A stretch of DNA of 52,526 bases. Origin: an uncultured Clostridia bacterium (GTDB lineage: Bacteria; Bacillota; Clostridia; Oscillospirales; Acutalibacteraceae). The notes under the pieces are model-generated. The model ran no database searches and had not been told where the DNA came from. It saw only the letters and a list, made by a program, of their open reading frames with translations. The translations under genes and the position numbers were made by a program. Below are positions 28,494-37,740 of this stretch, in pieces; position 1 is the first letter of the stretch; each line of letters begins with the position of its first letter. The DNA lies in contig CALWJB010000071.1 of the NCBI GenBank assembly GCA_944380895.1, positions 1-52,526 of the forward strand, in the 5' to 3' direction.

Positions 28494-29903
28494 TTACTTA
28501 CAAAAAGTATAACTTTTCGCGCCTTTCATACCATAATCTAAATAATTAACAGATATGCCGATAAAAAACCAAAAAACAAACGAGCATACTGAATTTACAA
28601 ACAAAACCTCTGATTCCACAAAACCATAAATCAAAACGCAAGCAAAAACAAGCGCACAAAGATTCAAAACCGGTGCACTTCTTATGATTCCGATTTTTTT
28701 ATAATTTTCGTAAAAATCAAAAAATTTTTTTATAAAAAACCCAAACATACAAAAAGTACCGCAAATCCCCGTATACAGCGGAATTCCAAACCATATGCTA
28801 TGAACGCGCTTGTAACCCCTCACTGCCATAAATGTTTCCGGCATAACGCTTTTGGCATAAGTGAGTATATTTCCGGGAGTAACACCAAAAATCCAGTTAT
28901 TTTTGAAAATTTCCCAGGCGCTTATCCATATATTAAACCTTGAATTTGAAACATCGTTATTATTAACATAATCAGAACGCTTACCGATTCGCGACGAGCA
29001 TCCATATCGACTCAAAACCTCTACATCACTGCTGAAAGACGGTATAACAGAAAAAAATTTTGTGATTAAATTCATGGTGCAAAACAGTGCTAAAGTGAAT
29101 ATTGACGCCGTGCAAAAAGATACCAAAATACCATAAAATCCTTTGAATTTAAAAATTTTATAGCTAAACAAAAATGCCAAAACAAAACCCAAAAACAGGC
29201 AAACCATATAGCTGCCACGAGATTCCGAAAGAGAAATGTATACAAGCTGAATCGCTATACTCACCATATTAAAAATTCTATTTAGTGATCCCTTTGAATT
29301 ATAAAAAATCTGAAAAGTCGAGAATAAAATTGCAATAACAGAAACTATCGACGCACTGTTGGGATTGACAAACACTCCAAAAAGTCTATTTTCAGCTATA
29401 CCTACCGCAATCCACGAAATTTCTTTAATATGAAAAACATGACCAATCTGAAACAATGCCGTGAATACAGATAAAAGCGACATAGCAAACCAAAATATTA
29501 TGATTATGTTTTGTATCTTTACAACTCTGGAAACCGTGAATAAATTATTTTTGCGATTACAGCAAAATCCAACAACAAAAAATGAAATTATTGTCCATAT
29601 ACATTCTTTTATATTTTGAAAAATTCCATACCTAAAATTTATTATCGAACTTAAAATTAACGTCCCTATAAAAAAAGTAAGAAGTAAATTATCAGTCAGA
29701 TGAAAATCTATGTCTTTTCTCATCAGTTCAAGAAAAAATATAAAAAATCCAACAATTGCCAATCCCGAAAAAACAGAAATATCTATAAAAGACGGCAAAA
29801 AAGCATATACACCTATGTTTCTGGCGCACAAACAAACAAGCAACACAGTTAAATAAGCACTGCGAAACTTTTCAATCGGAACTTTACCGATAAGTGCGGT
29901 CAT
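28494..29903 (-). CDS. O-antigen polymerase/ligase-like (Wzy-type) membrane protein
   Basis: 469-aa polytopic protein with the SESRGS block characteristic of the Wzy_C/O-antigen ligase family. Locus context supports the call. Confidence 0.6.
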   Translation of the reverse strand: MTALIGKVPIEKFRSAYLTVLLVCLCARNIGVYAFLPSFIDISVFSGLAIVGFFIFFLELMRKDIDFHLTDNLLLTFFIGTLILSSIINFRYGIFQNIKECIWTIISFFVVGFCCNRKNNLFTVSRVVKIQNIIIIFWFAMSLLSVFTALFQIGHVFHIKEISWIAVGIAENRLFGVFVNPNSASIVSVIAILFSTFQIFYNSKGSLNRIFNMVSIAIQLVYISLSESRGSYMVCLFLGFVLAFLFSYKIFKFKGFYGILVSFCTASIFTLALFCTMNLITKFFSVIPSFSSDVEVLSRYGCSSRIGKRSDYVNNNDVSNSRFNIWISAWEIFKNNWIFGVTPGNILTYAKSVMPETFMAVRGYKRVHSIWFGIPLYTGICGTFCMFGFFIKKFFDFYENYKKIGIIRSAPVLNLCALVFACVLIYGFVESEVLFVNSVCSFVFWFFIGISVNYLDYGMKGAKSYTFCK

Positions 29904-29925
29904 CAGCTTTTCACTTCCTTAAATC

Positions 29926-31029
29926 CTATGTTCTGTCTATAAGCTCATACCATTTATTTATAATCACTTCTTGACTAAAATTATTTATGTTATCACACGA
30001 ATGCTGCGAAAACTTTTTTCTGAGTTCATAATTTTCAACCAAACTACAAATTCTATTTGCCATATCCTCAATATTATAGCACGTAACCAAATACCCGTCC
30101 ATACCATTATTGATAATCTCGCCGGGGCCCGAACTGCAATCAAAACTCACAACCGGTAAACCGCTTATTTTTGCCTCCAACAACACAACCGCAAATCCCT
30201 CTCTATATGACGGCAAAACACATATGCTATAATCTTTGTATTTGCTTCGGATATTAAAATTCGCTCCTTTTAAAAAAAGATGATTTTGAAGATTGTTTTC
30301 ATTTATCTTATATTTTATCTTCTCAAAATCAGGTCCGTCACCATAAATATCCCACGTCCAATCACGGTGCTTTTCAAAAACTATCCGCGCGACATCGACA
30401 GCCATATCAAAACCCTTTTCCGAGCTTATTCTTCCCACCGATATAATCTTCTTACTCGTTACATCACTTCGACCCTCGGGCGTATAGTCAACACTGTTAT
30501 ATATTTGCTCAATTTTATCATCTTTTATTCGAAAAATTTTTTTGTAATCCTCAAGCGTTTGCTTGGTCAGCACAACCACTTTATCGCTTATACTACATGC
30601 CAACTTTCTGAACAAAACGGACTTTTTATCACGCTTTGCAAGGTTTTCGTGATCACAAAAAATAATCTTAGTCTTTATAAACGGCTTAATCAAACTTACC
30701 AGAGGTATCGGCAGCGAACCTGCAATAAATAAAATGTCTATATTATTACTGTGTAAAAATTTTATAAGCTTCGGCGCGGAAATAAGTGATTTTCTGGCCC
30801 GCATGTTGAGCGGCATTCCAAAACTGTGCACTTTAACTCCATCGTCCACATTGTACCCATGGCTGTTCGGTATCTCACAGAGCGACAAAAGATGTGTTTC
30901 ATATCTGTCACACAGGCTGTTTGCAAGCGAAATCGTTACTCTCTGACATCCGCCTATCGTAAACAGTCCAAACCCTAAAAAACAAATTTTCTTCATTCCA
31001 AAACTCCCCAATATTCCTACAAATTCCAC
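29926..31029 (-). CDS. family 4 (GT-B) glycosyltransferase
   Basis: EGFAVVLLEAKISGLPVVSFDCSSGPGEII..GYLV (the EX7E region). A likelier start is MKKICFLG at 30996. Confidence 0.85.
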   Translation of the reverse strand: MEFVGILGSFGMKKICFLGFGLFTIGGCQRVTISLANSLCDRYETHLLSLCEIPNSHGYNVDDGVKVHSFGMPLNMRARKSLISAPKLIKFLHSNNIDILFIAGSLPIPLVSLIKPFIKTKIIFCDHENLAKRDKKSVLFRKLACSISDKVVVLTKQTLEDYKKIFRIKDDKIEQIYNSVDYTPEGRSDVTSKKIISVGRISSEKGFDMAVDVARIVFEKHRDWTWDIYGDGPDFEKIKYKINENNLQNHLFLKGANFNIRSKYKDYSICVLPSYREGFAVVLLEAKISGLPVVSFDCSSGPGEIINNGMDGYLVTCYNIEDMANRICSLVENYELRKKFSQHSCDNINNFSQEVIINKWYELIDRT

Positions 31030-32033
31030 TTAAAAACAGTCTTAAACGGTATGTTTAAATCGTTTTGAAACACTCTGTGTATATCGTCAGTGCTGCCTAC
31101 AGGTCCATCCTCGAAGATGATCCTGCTTATTCTCTTCATAAAAACTTCATCTTCCATACACCTTACAGCATTTTCAAAGTCTTCTCTGCCCGACCTACTG
31201 CATCCTACAAATGTCAATCCTTTTTCCAATATGTCACGAGTATTCAGTGCGACCTTATTTTCACTAACTCCTAAAAGCATCACGCTTCCTTGTGGATTTA
31301 TATGCTTTATTATATCGTCTATGGCATAATAACTGCCTTCACCTCCCGCACACTCAAAAGCATGATCGATATTAAAATCTTCGGGCAAATCTTCTGCCAA
31401 AAAAGTGCTATCGGAAAACATAAATTGTGAAAGTTTATAAGCATCTTTTCCGACTATCGTCAAATTAACTCCGGGAAAAGCTTTTTTTATCATACACGCA
31501 AGAACATACGCCAAGCTTCCGTCTCCCCATATCCCCACGGAATTTTTTATATCATGTGCAGTTTTTTTGAATCTATCTATAGCGTGTACACCCACGCTCA
31601 CAAATTCGGTTATAGCCATATAACTATCTTTGGCGCATTTATACGGTACCACTCTATCTGTGGGCAAATTTACAAATTCCCTCATAAATCCATCATATCC
31701 GCTCGAACGAAATCCCGAACCTTTTGCATAATTTTCATATATTATCTTACTCGGATTTTTTGGAGGAATATTTGGTATTAATACTACTTTTTCTCCGGTG
31801 AAATACGTTCCGGTTTTGTCATACGCAACCTTTCCTACGCACTCGTGAATAAGAGCCATCGGAAGTTTACCTCTCAATTTGTTAAAATCTCTTTTGCCCA
31901 TATAATACCGCTGATCAGCGTGACAAATTGCCATATACGTCGGCTTGACTATAACTTCTTCTCCCAGAAAAATATCTTCATATTTTATCGAAATAATACC
32001 CGGGCTCACCAACTGATAAACATAGTTAATCAC
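31017..32033 (-). CDS. tarJ: zinc-type alcohol dehydrogenase, ribulose-5-phosphate reductase (TarJ-like)
   Basis: MDR/ADH fold (ICHADQRYY, GxGxxG-like GIWGDGSLAY). It overlaps tarI by 4 nt, as in CDP-ribitol tarIJ pairs. Confidence 0.7.
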   Translation of the reverse strand: MINYVYQLVSPGIISIKYEDIFLGEEVIVKPTYMAICHADQRYYMGKRDFNKLRGKLPMALIHECVGKVAYDKTGTYFTGEKVVLIPNIPPKNPSKIIYENYAKGSGFRSSGYDGFMREFVNLPTDRVVPYKCAKDSYMAITEFVSVGVHAIDRFKKTAHDIKNSVGIWGDGSLAYVLACMIKKAFPGVNLTIVGKDAYKLSQFMFSDSTFLAEDLPEDFNIDHAFECAGGEGSYYAIDDIIKHINPQGSVMLLGVSENKVALNTRDILEKGLTFVGCSRSGREDFENAVRCMEDEVFMKRISRIIFEDGPVGSTDDIHRVFQNDLNIPFKTVFKWNL

Positions 32034-32746
32034 TCAGGCATACCTCCAAGAATAGCTTCTGCTATTTTATAATCGCTTAATGTTGTTATTTTTATGTTAA
32101 ATGTATCACCCATAACTAATTCCACGAGTTCATTTCTAGCCACAAATACACCACATGCATCTGTCATATTCGATTTTTCTTCGTCGCTTAAATCGAGGTA
32201 CAACTTCTTCAGCTTTTTTATTTTAAAACTTTGCGGTGTTTGTCCTTGATAAAGATATTTTCTGTTCGGTACATTTGTTACCACTTTTCCGCTTTTCGAC
32301 TCAACAATCGTATCAACCGCAGGAATTACTGTATCGCACGCTCCGCTTCTTTTAGCGGCATCTATGTTTTCACTTATCATTCTCAGCGTTAAAAACGGTC
32401 TTACCGCATCATGCGTAACTATTATATCTTCGTCACTGACATCATGCCGATTTTCAATGGCGTCTATTATATTAAATATTGTAGAATTCCTATCCACCCC
32501 GCCTGCCACTATGATTATCTTTTCGCTCTTAAGTTTATATTTTTCTACCAATTCTTCAGCATATTGCGTCCAGTCTTTATGCACTCCCAAATATATATAA
32601 TCAAGCTGATCGCACATTAAAAATTTTTCAAGCGTATGAATTATTATGGGCTTTTTACTCGACCCCAACGGTAAAAATTGTTTTGGCAAACCCGAAAGAT
32701 TCATCCTGTTGCCCACTCCGCCTGCTACTATTGCTCCAAATATCAT
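32030..32746 (-). CDS. tarI: IspD-family cytidylyltransferase, D-ribitol-5-phosphate cytidylyltransferase (TarI-like)
   Basis: IVAGGVGNRM..PKQFL N-terminal motif. Size is 238 aa. It is coupled to tarJ. Confidence 0.8.
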   Translation of the reverse strand: MIFGAIVAGGVGNRMNLSGLPKQFLPLGSSKKPIIIHTLEKFLMCDQLDYIYLGVHKDWTQYAEELVEKYKLKSEKIIIVAGGVDRNSTIFNIIDAIENRHDVSDEDIIVTHDAVRPFLTLRMISENIDAAKRSGACDTVIPAVDTIVESKSGKVVTNVPNRKYLYQGQTPQSFKIKKLKKLYLDLSDEEKSNMTDACGVFVARNELVELVMGDTFNIKITTLSDYKIAEAILGGMPE

Positions 32747-32747
32747 T

Positions 32748-33623
32748 TTAATTCCTCCCGTTTTCCCGATTTTTTTCTCCCTTTTCCAAATCCATGTATA
32801 TTATATCATGATGCGGAATCCGCTTTACCTTTGGCGGCAATTTCATATAATCACCAAATGCTATTTTTAAATATTCATCGTATCCCACCGGAAGAGGTTC
32901 GGCTCGACCTTCAAATTCTTTATATACTGCGCTTTCAAATATATGTTTCGGATATTTATTTTTCATATAATGCGGTCCTGAACAGAGCTCCGTAATATAT
33001 TCACTTTCCGAAATTTTATATTTTGTCATTTGTTTTTCGGCAAATTTCCAGATTTTATATTTTAATCCGTCACTCGGAACAAGTGCAAGAAGCATCTTAC
33101 ATACAAGCGCCATAAGTTTACCATGATTCGTCGGAACCATTCTCGAACAATAAAGCGAAAAAATCATACTCCAAATCATTTGCAGTTTGCGTTTTAAACC
33201 GTCGGGCGCACACCCATCAAGCGGTATTATATCTATCATCACACCTTTTACTCCATCTTTTCCCTTTTGCCACGGCCTTATAAGCGTTGTGCGGTTATCG
33301 GTTATTGTAGTCATGATGTTACCCATAAATTTGTCTTTTGTGGTTCGGTTGCAGGAATACATATCTTTATTTGCATATTTTTCCCAGAGCTCCGGAAGTT
33401 TTTCATAATCTTCCCTTGGCATAAACACATCAATATCATCGTCCCACGGAATAAACCCTTTATTTCTGAGCGCACCTATACAGCATCCTCCGCAAAAATA
33501 ACAAAGTAAACCATGTTCTTTACAAAAATTTTTAAAATATTCAAAAATTTCAAGTCCTTTTAGCTGTAACGCACGCAATTCATCGCTTTTTAAATTTATT
33601 ATCTCATCATTACCCGAATTCAT
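32748..33623 (-). CDS. licD: LicD-family phosphotransferase
   Basis: CYFCGGCCIGALRNKGFIPWDDDIDVFMPREDY (the LicD DxD region). Size is 291 aa. Confidence 0.85.
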   Translation of the reverse strand: MNSGNDEIINLKSDELRALQLKGLEIFEYFKNFCKEHGLLCYFCGGCCIGALRNKGFIPWDDDIDVFMPREDYEKLPELWEKYANKDMYSCNRTTKDKFMGNIMTTITDNRTTLIRPWQKGKDGVKGVMIDIIPLDGCAPDGLKRKLQMIWSMIFSLYCSRMVPTNHGKLMALVCKMLLALVPSDGLKYKIWKFAEKQMTKYKISESEYITELCSGPHYMKNKYPKHIFESAVYKEFEGRAEPLPVGYDEYLKIAFGDYMKLPPKVKRIPHHDIIYMDLEKGEKNRENGRN

Positions 33624-33791
33624 AATTTTTACCTCAATTACTATTGATTTTTTAAAAAATGTGAATTATATAATTTTTAATAAATCTTGTTTTTATGCAA
33701 AAATTCCTCGCGTGTACCTTATTCGTAAACGCCGCTTTCTTTAAAAAATTAAAAATTCTTTTATGTTTTTTAATCATTAAAAATTTTAAAG

Positions 33792-34796
33792 TTAAACCCA
33801 TTTATAATTCCAAAATTTGAATATTCCGGTCCAAAATCCCAATCCGTAAGAAATATGAATTATCATGTGCGCATACATTAAACCTAATTTATTCAAAAAA
33901 CCGCATATATGCTTCGATCTGAAAGAAAAATATGCATCGAGCAAAAAATAAAGCGTCATTACGCTCAAAAGCGTTATCAGAGCAATCGGAAACACAAACG
34001 ATAAAATACTAAAAATTATGATAAACGCAACAAACAACATCGGCACAAGGTGAACAATTCTAGAGGGTTTTTTATGCTTTTTTATTACCGCTACTTTCCA
34101 TTTTCCATATTCAAAATATTGTCTGAAAAGTTTAAAAAATCTATCTCTCGGATAATAAACGCTTCTAATTTTGGGCGTTACAAATATTTTCCCACCACTT
34201 TCCGTAATTCTGAAATTTAAATCATCATCCTCGCTTTTTGGTAATCTCTCATCATACATCCCGAGCTTTAAAAGTGTTTCTCGCCTGAATGTTCCCCAAG
34301 CAACAGTATCTGCATATCCTTCGTAGTTTTCGTCATAATGCTTGCTCCCTCCCAGCGCGAACGGCGAATGATACGATGCAGCTATAATTTTTTGAATGAC
34401 ATTTTCGCCGCGCACCACAGTCGTACCCCCAACATTTTCGGCACCGGTACTTTCAGAATATTCCACACACTTTGAAATGTAATCTTTTGCGTATTGAGCA
34501 TGTGCGTCCATCCTAATAATATAGTATCCTTTCGCATGTTTTATCCCCAGGTTCATTGCATGTTGCACTGTCTTTTGAGGGTTTTTTATAAGATAAATGT
34601 AGCTGTATTTCTTCAAATATTCAGCTATAATCTCTTTTGTGCCGTCATTTGATCCTCCATCAACAAGCAGTATTTCTAGTTGTTCCTTGGGGTAATCCTG
34701 CTCAATTAAACAGTCCAAACATTTTTTTATATATTTTTGTTCGTTTAAAATCGGTATTATCACCGAAACTTTGTTATAATTCATTTTAGTCTCCAA
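33792..34796 (-). CDS. family 2 glycosyltransferase with C-terminal TM segments
   Basis: VSVIIPILNEQKYI...EILLVDGGSNDGT plus a DAH region (IIRMDAHAQY). The C-terminus is hydrophobic. Confidence 0.85.
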   Translation of the reverse strand: METKMNYNKVSVIIPILNEQKYIKKCLDCLIEQDYPKEQLEILLVDGGSNDGTKEIIAEYLKKYSYIYLIKNPQKTVQHAMNLGIKHAKGYYIIRMDAHAQYAKDYISKCVEYSESTGAENVGGTTVVRGENVIQKIIAASYHSPFALGGSKHYDENYEGYADTVAWGTFRRETLLKLGMYDERLPKSEDDDLNFRITESGGKIFVTPKIRSVYYPRDRFFKLFRQYFEYGKWKVAVIKKHKKPSRIVHLVPMLFVAFIIIFSILSFVFPIALITLLSVMTLYFLLDAYFSFRSKHICGFLNKLGLMYAHMIIHISYGLGFWTGIFKFWNYKWV

Positions 34797-34937
34797 AAAT
34801 CAAAGATAATTTAAATTATTTTCTTCCGAAACAATATTATTGCATATAACGAATGTAAAATCTACCTTGTAAAGTTTGAAAAATATAAAAAAATTCATAT
34901 TTCGAGAAAATAATTCAAAAAAACGTAAAAAAACACC

Positions 34938-34967
34938 TTGACAAAACTTTTTTACACGATATATAAT
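34938..34967 (+). promoter_or_regulatory. sigma-A-like promoter upstream of rpsU
   Basis: TTGACA (34938-34943), an 18-nt spacer, then TATAAT (34962-34967). Confidence 0.5.
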
Positions 34968-35092
34968 GTTATGTATGTGTTCGTAAGTTCAAAAAATATT
35001 AGGTATTATTTTGCTATATAATCAATTATTATTATCCTAGTTTTGAACATTCAGTACACAATAATTTGACTTGACAGATTGGAGGGAAACAA

Positions 35093-35380
35093 GTGGCCGA
35101 AGAAATTAAATCAGAAGAGACAGTAGCTTCAGAAGATGTTGAAAAAATTGACTCTACGAGCGAATCAACAAGTGGTTCAAACGAAGCGACTGCGCCTACC
35201 GAACCAAAAAAGATAGAAAATTTGGAAAAAGCTCTGAGAATATTTAAAAGGAAAAGTGCCGGAATAATCTCGGAAGTCAGAAAAAGAGAAGCCTATGATT
35301 CGCCCTCCGTTAAGCGTAAAAAGAAGTCTAAGGAAGCGCGCAAACATAAAAAAAATTACCGATTCAACAGCAGTTATTAA
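35093..35380 (+). CDS. rpsU: 30S ribosomal protein S21 with a ~40-aa acidic N-terminal extension
   Basis: The C-terminal two-thirds reads [44 protein letters not shown], matching the S21 pattern ALRRFKRK...E.RKRE.YEKPS.KRK. The GTG start lies 6 nt after GGAGGG, and there is no alternative in-frame start closer to the S21 core. Confidence 0.8.
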   Translation: MAEEIKSEETVASEDVEKIDSTSESTSGSNEATAPTEPKKIENLEKALRIFKRKSAGIISEVRKREAYDSPSVKRKKKSKEARKHKKNYRFNSSY

Positions 35381-35399
35381 TTTAGAAATAATTTTTGAT

Positions 35400-35430
35400 C
35401 CCCTCGTGATTCACTCGGGGGGGATTTTTG
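35400..35430 (+). terminator. putative rho-independent terminator after rpsU
   Basis: CCCCTCGTG...CACTCGGGGGGG is an imperfect GC stem followed by ATTTTTG. Confidence 0.5.
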
Positions 35431-35454
35431 ATATTTTGTTTATGGAGGATATTC

Positions 35455-35973
35455 ATGGCAATTTTCAAACCCGGATGTTTTGTAGATTCAATTTTGGAAA
35501 TCTCGCCGAAAATATTAAAAAAAAATCATATCAAATCTGTCTTTATTGATATAGACGATACTTTGACTCCTCATGGTTCACAAGTTGTCGAAAGAGATGT
35601 CTATGACTGGATAAATTTAATGATTTCAAATAATATAAAACTTATACTGGTATCTAACAACTTTAAAAGAAGAGTGCAAAAATTTGCACAAAAAATTTCT
35701 CTGCCTTTCATTTATTTAAGCCTTAAACCTCTGCCTATCGGATTTTTTTTGGCGCTGCGTAAAGCTAAAATTAAAAAAAGTGAAGCCGTCGTGGTAGGAG
35801 ATCAAATTTTTACAGATATTCTCGGAGCAAATCTATTTGGAATGAAATCAGTTTTGGTAGAACCCAAAAGCAAAAGCAGGACTCTTTCACTAAAATTAAA
35901 AAGATTCATTGAAAAACCAATCAGAAACCGTCTTAAAAAAACATACTTTTGCCATAGTGAGGAATTAGAATGA
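35455..35973 (+). CDS. yqeG: YqeG-family HAD-IIIA phosphatase
   Basis: FIDIDDTLTPHG, LVSNN and VVGDQIFTDILGANLFGMKSVLVEP. Start chosen at the ATG at 35455, 7 nt after GGAGG. The track ORF starts at 35428. Confidence 0.8.
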   Translation: MAIFKPGCFVDSILEISPKILKKNHIKSVFIDIDDTLTPHGSQVVERDVYDWINLMISNNIKLILVSNNFKRRVQKFAQKISLPFIYLSLKPLPIGFFLALRKAKIKKSEAVVVGDQIFTDILGANLFGMKSVLVEPKSKSRTLSLKLKRFIEKPIRNRLKKTYFCHSEELE

Positions 35974-36407
35974 AGAAAAAAAATATTCTCATACTGTTAG
36001 GTCCAAATTTAAACCTTACCGGAGTGCGAGAAAAAAGCGTATACGGCGAGGAAACTGCCGAAAGTATAAAAGAACAGATTATCAATCTTGGAGAGGAGTT
36101 GGGACTTAATTGTGAAGTTTTCCAGTCAAACTGGGAAGGCGCACTGATAGATAAAATTCATGACGGAAAAGATAATTTCGATGGTGCAATAATAAATGCA
36201 GGGGCGCTTGCTCACTACAGTTACGCCCTTCGTGACGCCATTTCGTTTTCAAGAATGCCTTTTGTCGAGGCGCATATGACAAATATATCGAACCGCGAAG
36301 ATTTTAGAAAATACAGTGTTATTTCCGAAGTGTGCGCAGGATATATTTCGGGATTTGGGAAAAACAGCTATTTTTTAGCACTCAGAGCAATAAAAAAATT
36401 AATATAA
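35970..36407 (+). CDS. aroQ: type II 3-dehydroquinate dehydratase
   Basis: LLGPNLNLTGVREKSVYG, AIINAGALAHYSYALRDA and EAHMTNISNRE. Confidence 0.9.
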   Translation: MKKKNILILLGPNLNLTGVREKSVYGEETAESIKEQIINLGEELGLNCEVFQSNWEGALIDKIHDGKDNFDGAIINAGALAHYSYALRDAISFSRMPFVEAHMTNISNREDFRKYSVISEVCAGYISGFGKNSYFLALRAIKKLI

Positions 36408-36414
36408 TACTAAG

Positions 36415-36443
36415 TTGAAAATATTTTAAATAAATTATATAAT
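36415..36443 (+). promoter_or_regulatory. sigma-A-like promoter upstream of ireB-like gene
   Basis: TTGAAA (36415-36420), a 17-nt spacer, then TATAAT (36438-36443). Confidence 0.5.
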
Positions 36444-36466
36444 ATACTGCATTAAAAAATTATGAG

Positions 36467-36754
36467 GTGATGAAAATGAGTGACAAAATGGGAGACAAGA
36501 TAACCGAAAAAACAATGACTTTTTCTTTAAATAGCGAAGATAAAAATGTCAAAATGAAAACAATACTATCGCATATTTATAATTCACTTGCCCAAAAAGG
36601 TTACGACCCCGTAAATCAGATCGCAGGCTACATAGTTTCGGAAGACCCCACGTATATCACCACGCATAATGGCGCACGGAAAGCAGCGCAAAAACTTGAT
36701 CGTGACGAACTTTTAAAGGCTATGATCAGAGAATACCTTAGCCATCCGGCGTAA
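36467..36754 (+). CDS. ireB: IreB/UPF0297-family small regulatory phosphoprotein
   Basis: TMTFSL...ILSHIYNSLAQKGYDPVNQIAGYIVSEDPTYITTHNGAR, the characteristic UPF0297 (YrzL) core. Confidence 0.8.
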   Translation: MMKMSDKMGDKITEKTMTFSLNSEDKNVKMKTILSHIYNSLAQKGYDPVNQIAGYIVSEDPTYITTHNGARKAAQKLDRDELLKAMIREYLSHPA

Positions 36755-36771
36755 TAATAAGTATCCTATTT

Positions 36772-36798
36772 ATCCTCGAGATATTTTATCTCGAGGAT
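36772..36798. terminator. perfect 11-bp hairpin between convergent genes (bidirectional terminator)
   Basis: ATCCTCGAGAT (36772-36782), loop ATTTT, ATCTCGAGGAT (36788-36798), with T/A-rich flanks on both sides. It overlaps the last codons of the minus-strand orphan gene. Confidence 0.7.
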
Positions 36799-37364
36799 TT
36801 ATTTATAAAATTTAAAATTTCTTCCATTTTCATGTTCTCTTTTTTGATCAATAAAATGTGGTACTGTAAAATCAATCTGAGCTGCGGACAAATTCTATAT
36901 TTTAGTGCGTTTTGAATCAGTAAGATAGAAAAATTATTGTAATGAATCATAAATCTTAAGAAAAAAATGTTTACATCGCAAATATTTACACGTTTTCTTA
37001 AAATGCTGTTATAATTACTGCATATTTTTTCAGATTCATTTTTATAATTTTTTATTCCTAAAGCACAATTTTTAAAATCATCACAAAAATTTTCTATCTT
37101 TCGTATGTCTTTGAAAATCTCTTGTCTTTTTTTGACAATTTCCGATACAATAATAAAAATCGGTTTAAAATTAGTACACATAGCCGTATTTTTAGAAATT
37201 TTTTCTGCTGCTTTTTCAAGAATCAACAACTGACTCACAAAATCCCTCGATATACTGCAAGTAGTTTTTAAATCACTTAATTCCGAAAACATATCATTTA
37301 CAATTTTTTCTACGCTAAATATATAGCTTTTATATAAAAAAATTTTACCTCTATTGTTAATCAT
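36786..37364 (-). CDS. hypothetical cytoplasmic helical protein (orphan)
   Basis: 192-aa ORF with an excellent RBS (GGAGG 6 nt before the ATG). There is no signal peptide and no recognisable motif. It is divergent from the 898-aa secreted protein gene. Confidence 0.6.
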   Translation of the reverse strand: MINNRGKIFLYKSYIFSVEKIVNDMFSELSDLKTTCSISRDFVSQLLILEKAAEKISKNTAMCTNFKPIFIIVSEIVKKRQEIFKDIRKIENFCDDFKNCALGIKNYKNESEKICSNYNSILRKRVNICDVNIFFLRFMIHYNNFSILLIQNALKYRICPQLRLILQYHILLIKKENMKMEEILNFINKSSR

Positions 37365-37656
37365 CGTGATTCCTCCGTAATCGTATACAACATAATATTC
37401 CGAAAAAATAAAATTGTAACATTACGAATTTAAGTATATAAAATTTATTGTTTTTTGTATTAAATATCGTGATTTATATATTATAATTATAAAAAATGTT
37501 TTTTAGAAGTTATAAAAATTACGAAAAATATATTTGAAATAATATATAAAAGCAAGTACCAATTTTTTGCATAACCAGTTTATTTTTTTAAGCACTAAAT
37601 TTTAAAATTAATTATGTGAACATAAATTTTAACATTTAAAAATTTACAAAAAATAC

Positions 37657-37684
37657 TTGATAATTTTTATATATAATATATAAT
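37657..37684 (+). promoter_or_regulatory. sigma-A-like promoter upstream of the large secreted-protein gene
   Basis: TTGATA (37657-37662), a 16-nt spacer, then TATAAT (37679-37684), inside a 375-nt extremely AT-rich intergenic region. Confidence 0.4.
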
Positions 37685-37740
37685 AAAATGGCAAAGAATT
37701 TTTACTTTGTAAGCAAATATAAAATTTGGAGGTAATATTT

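Noticed and set aside
35295-35549. An 84-aa ORF bridging the rpsU 3' end and the yqeG 5' end.
   Set aside because: It overlaps two recognisable genes and the intervening terminator in a different frame, and it has no RBS.
37395-37530. A recurring TT(C/A)CGAAAAA(A)TA motif (near 37397 and 37518) and an ATTACGAA motif (37421 and 37518) in the intergenic region upstream of the giant secreted-protein gene.
   Set aside because: These are two short, imperfect copies in a region of extremely low complexity. That is not enough to call an operator.
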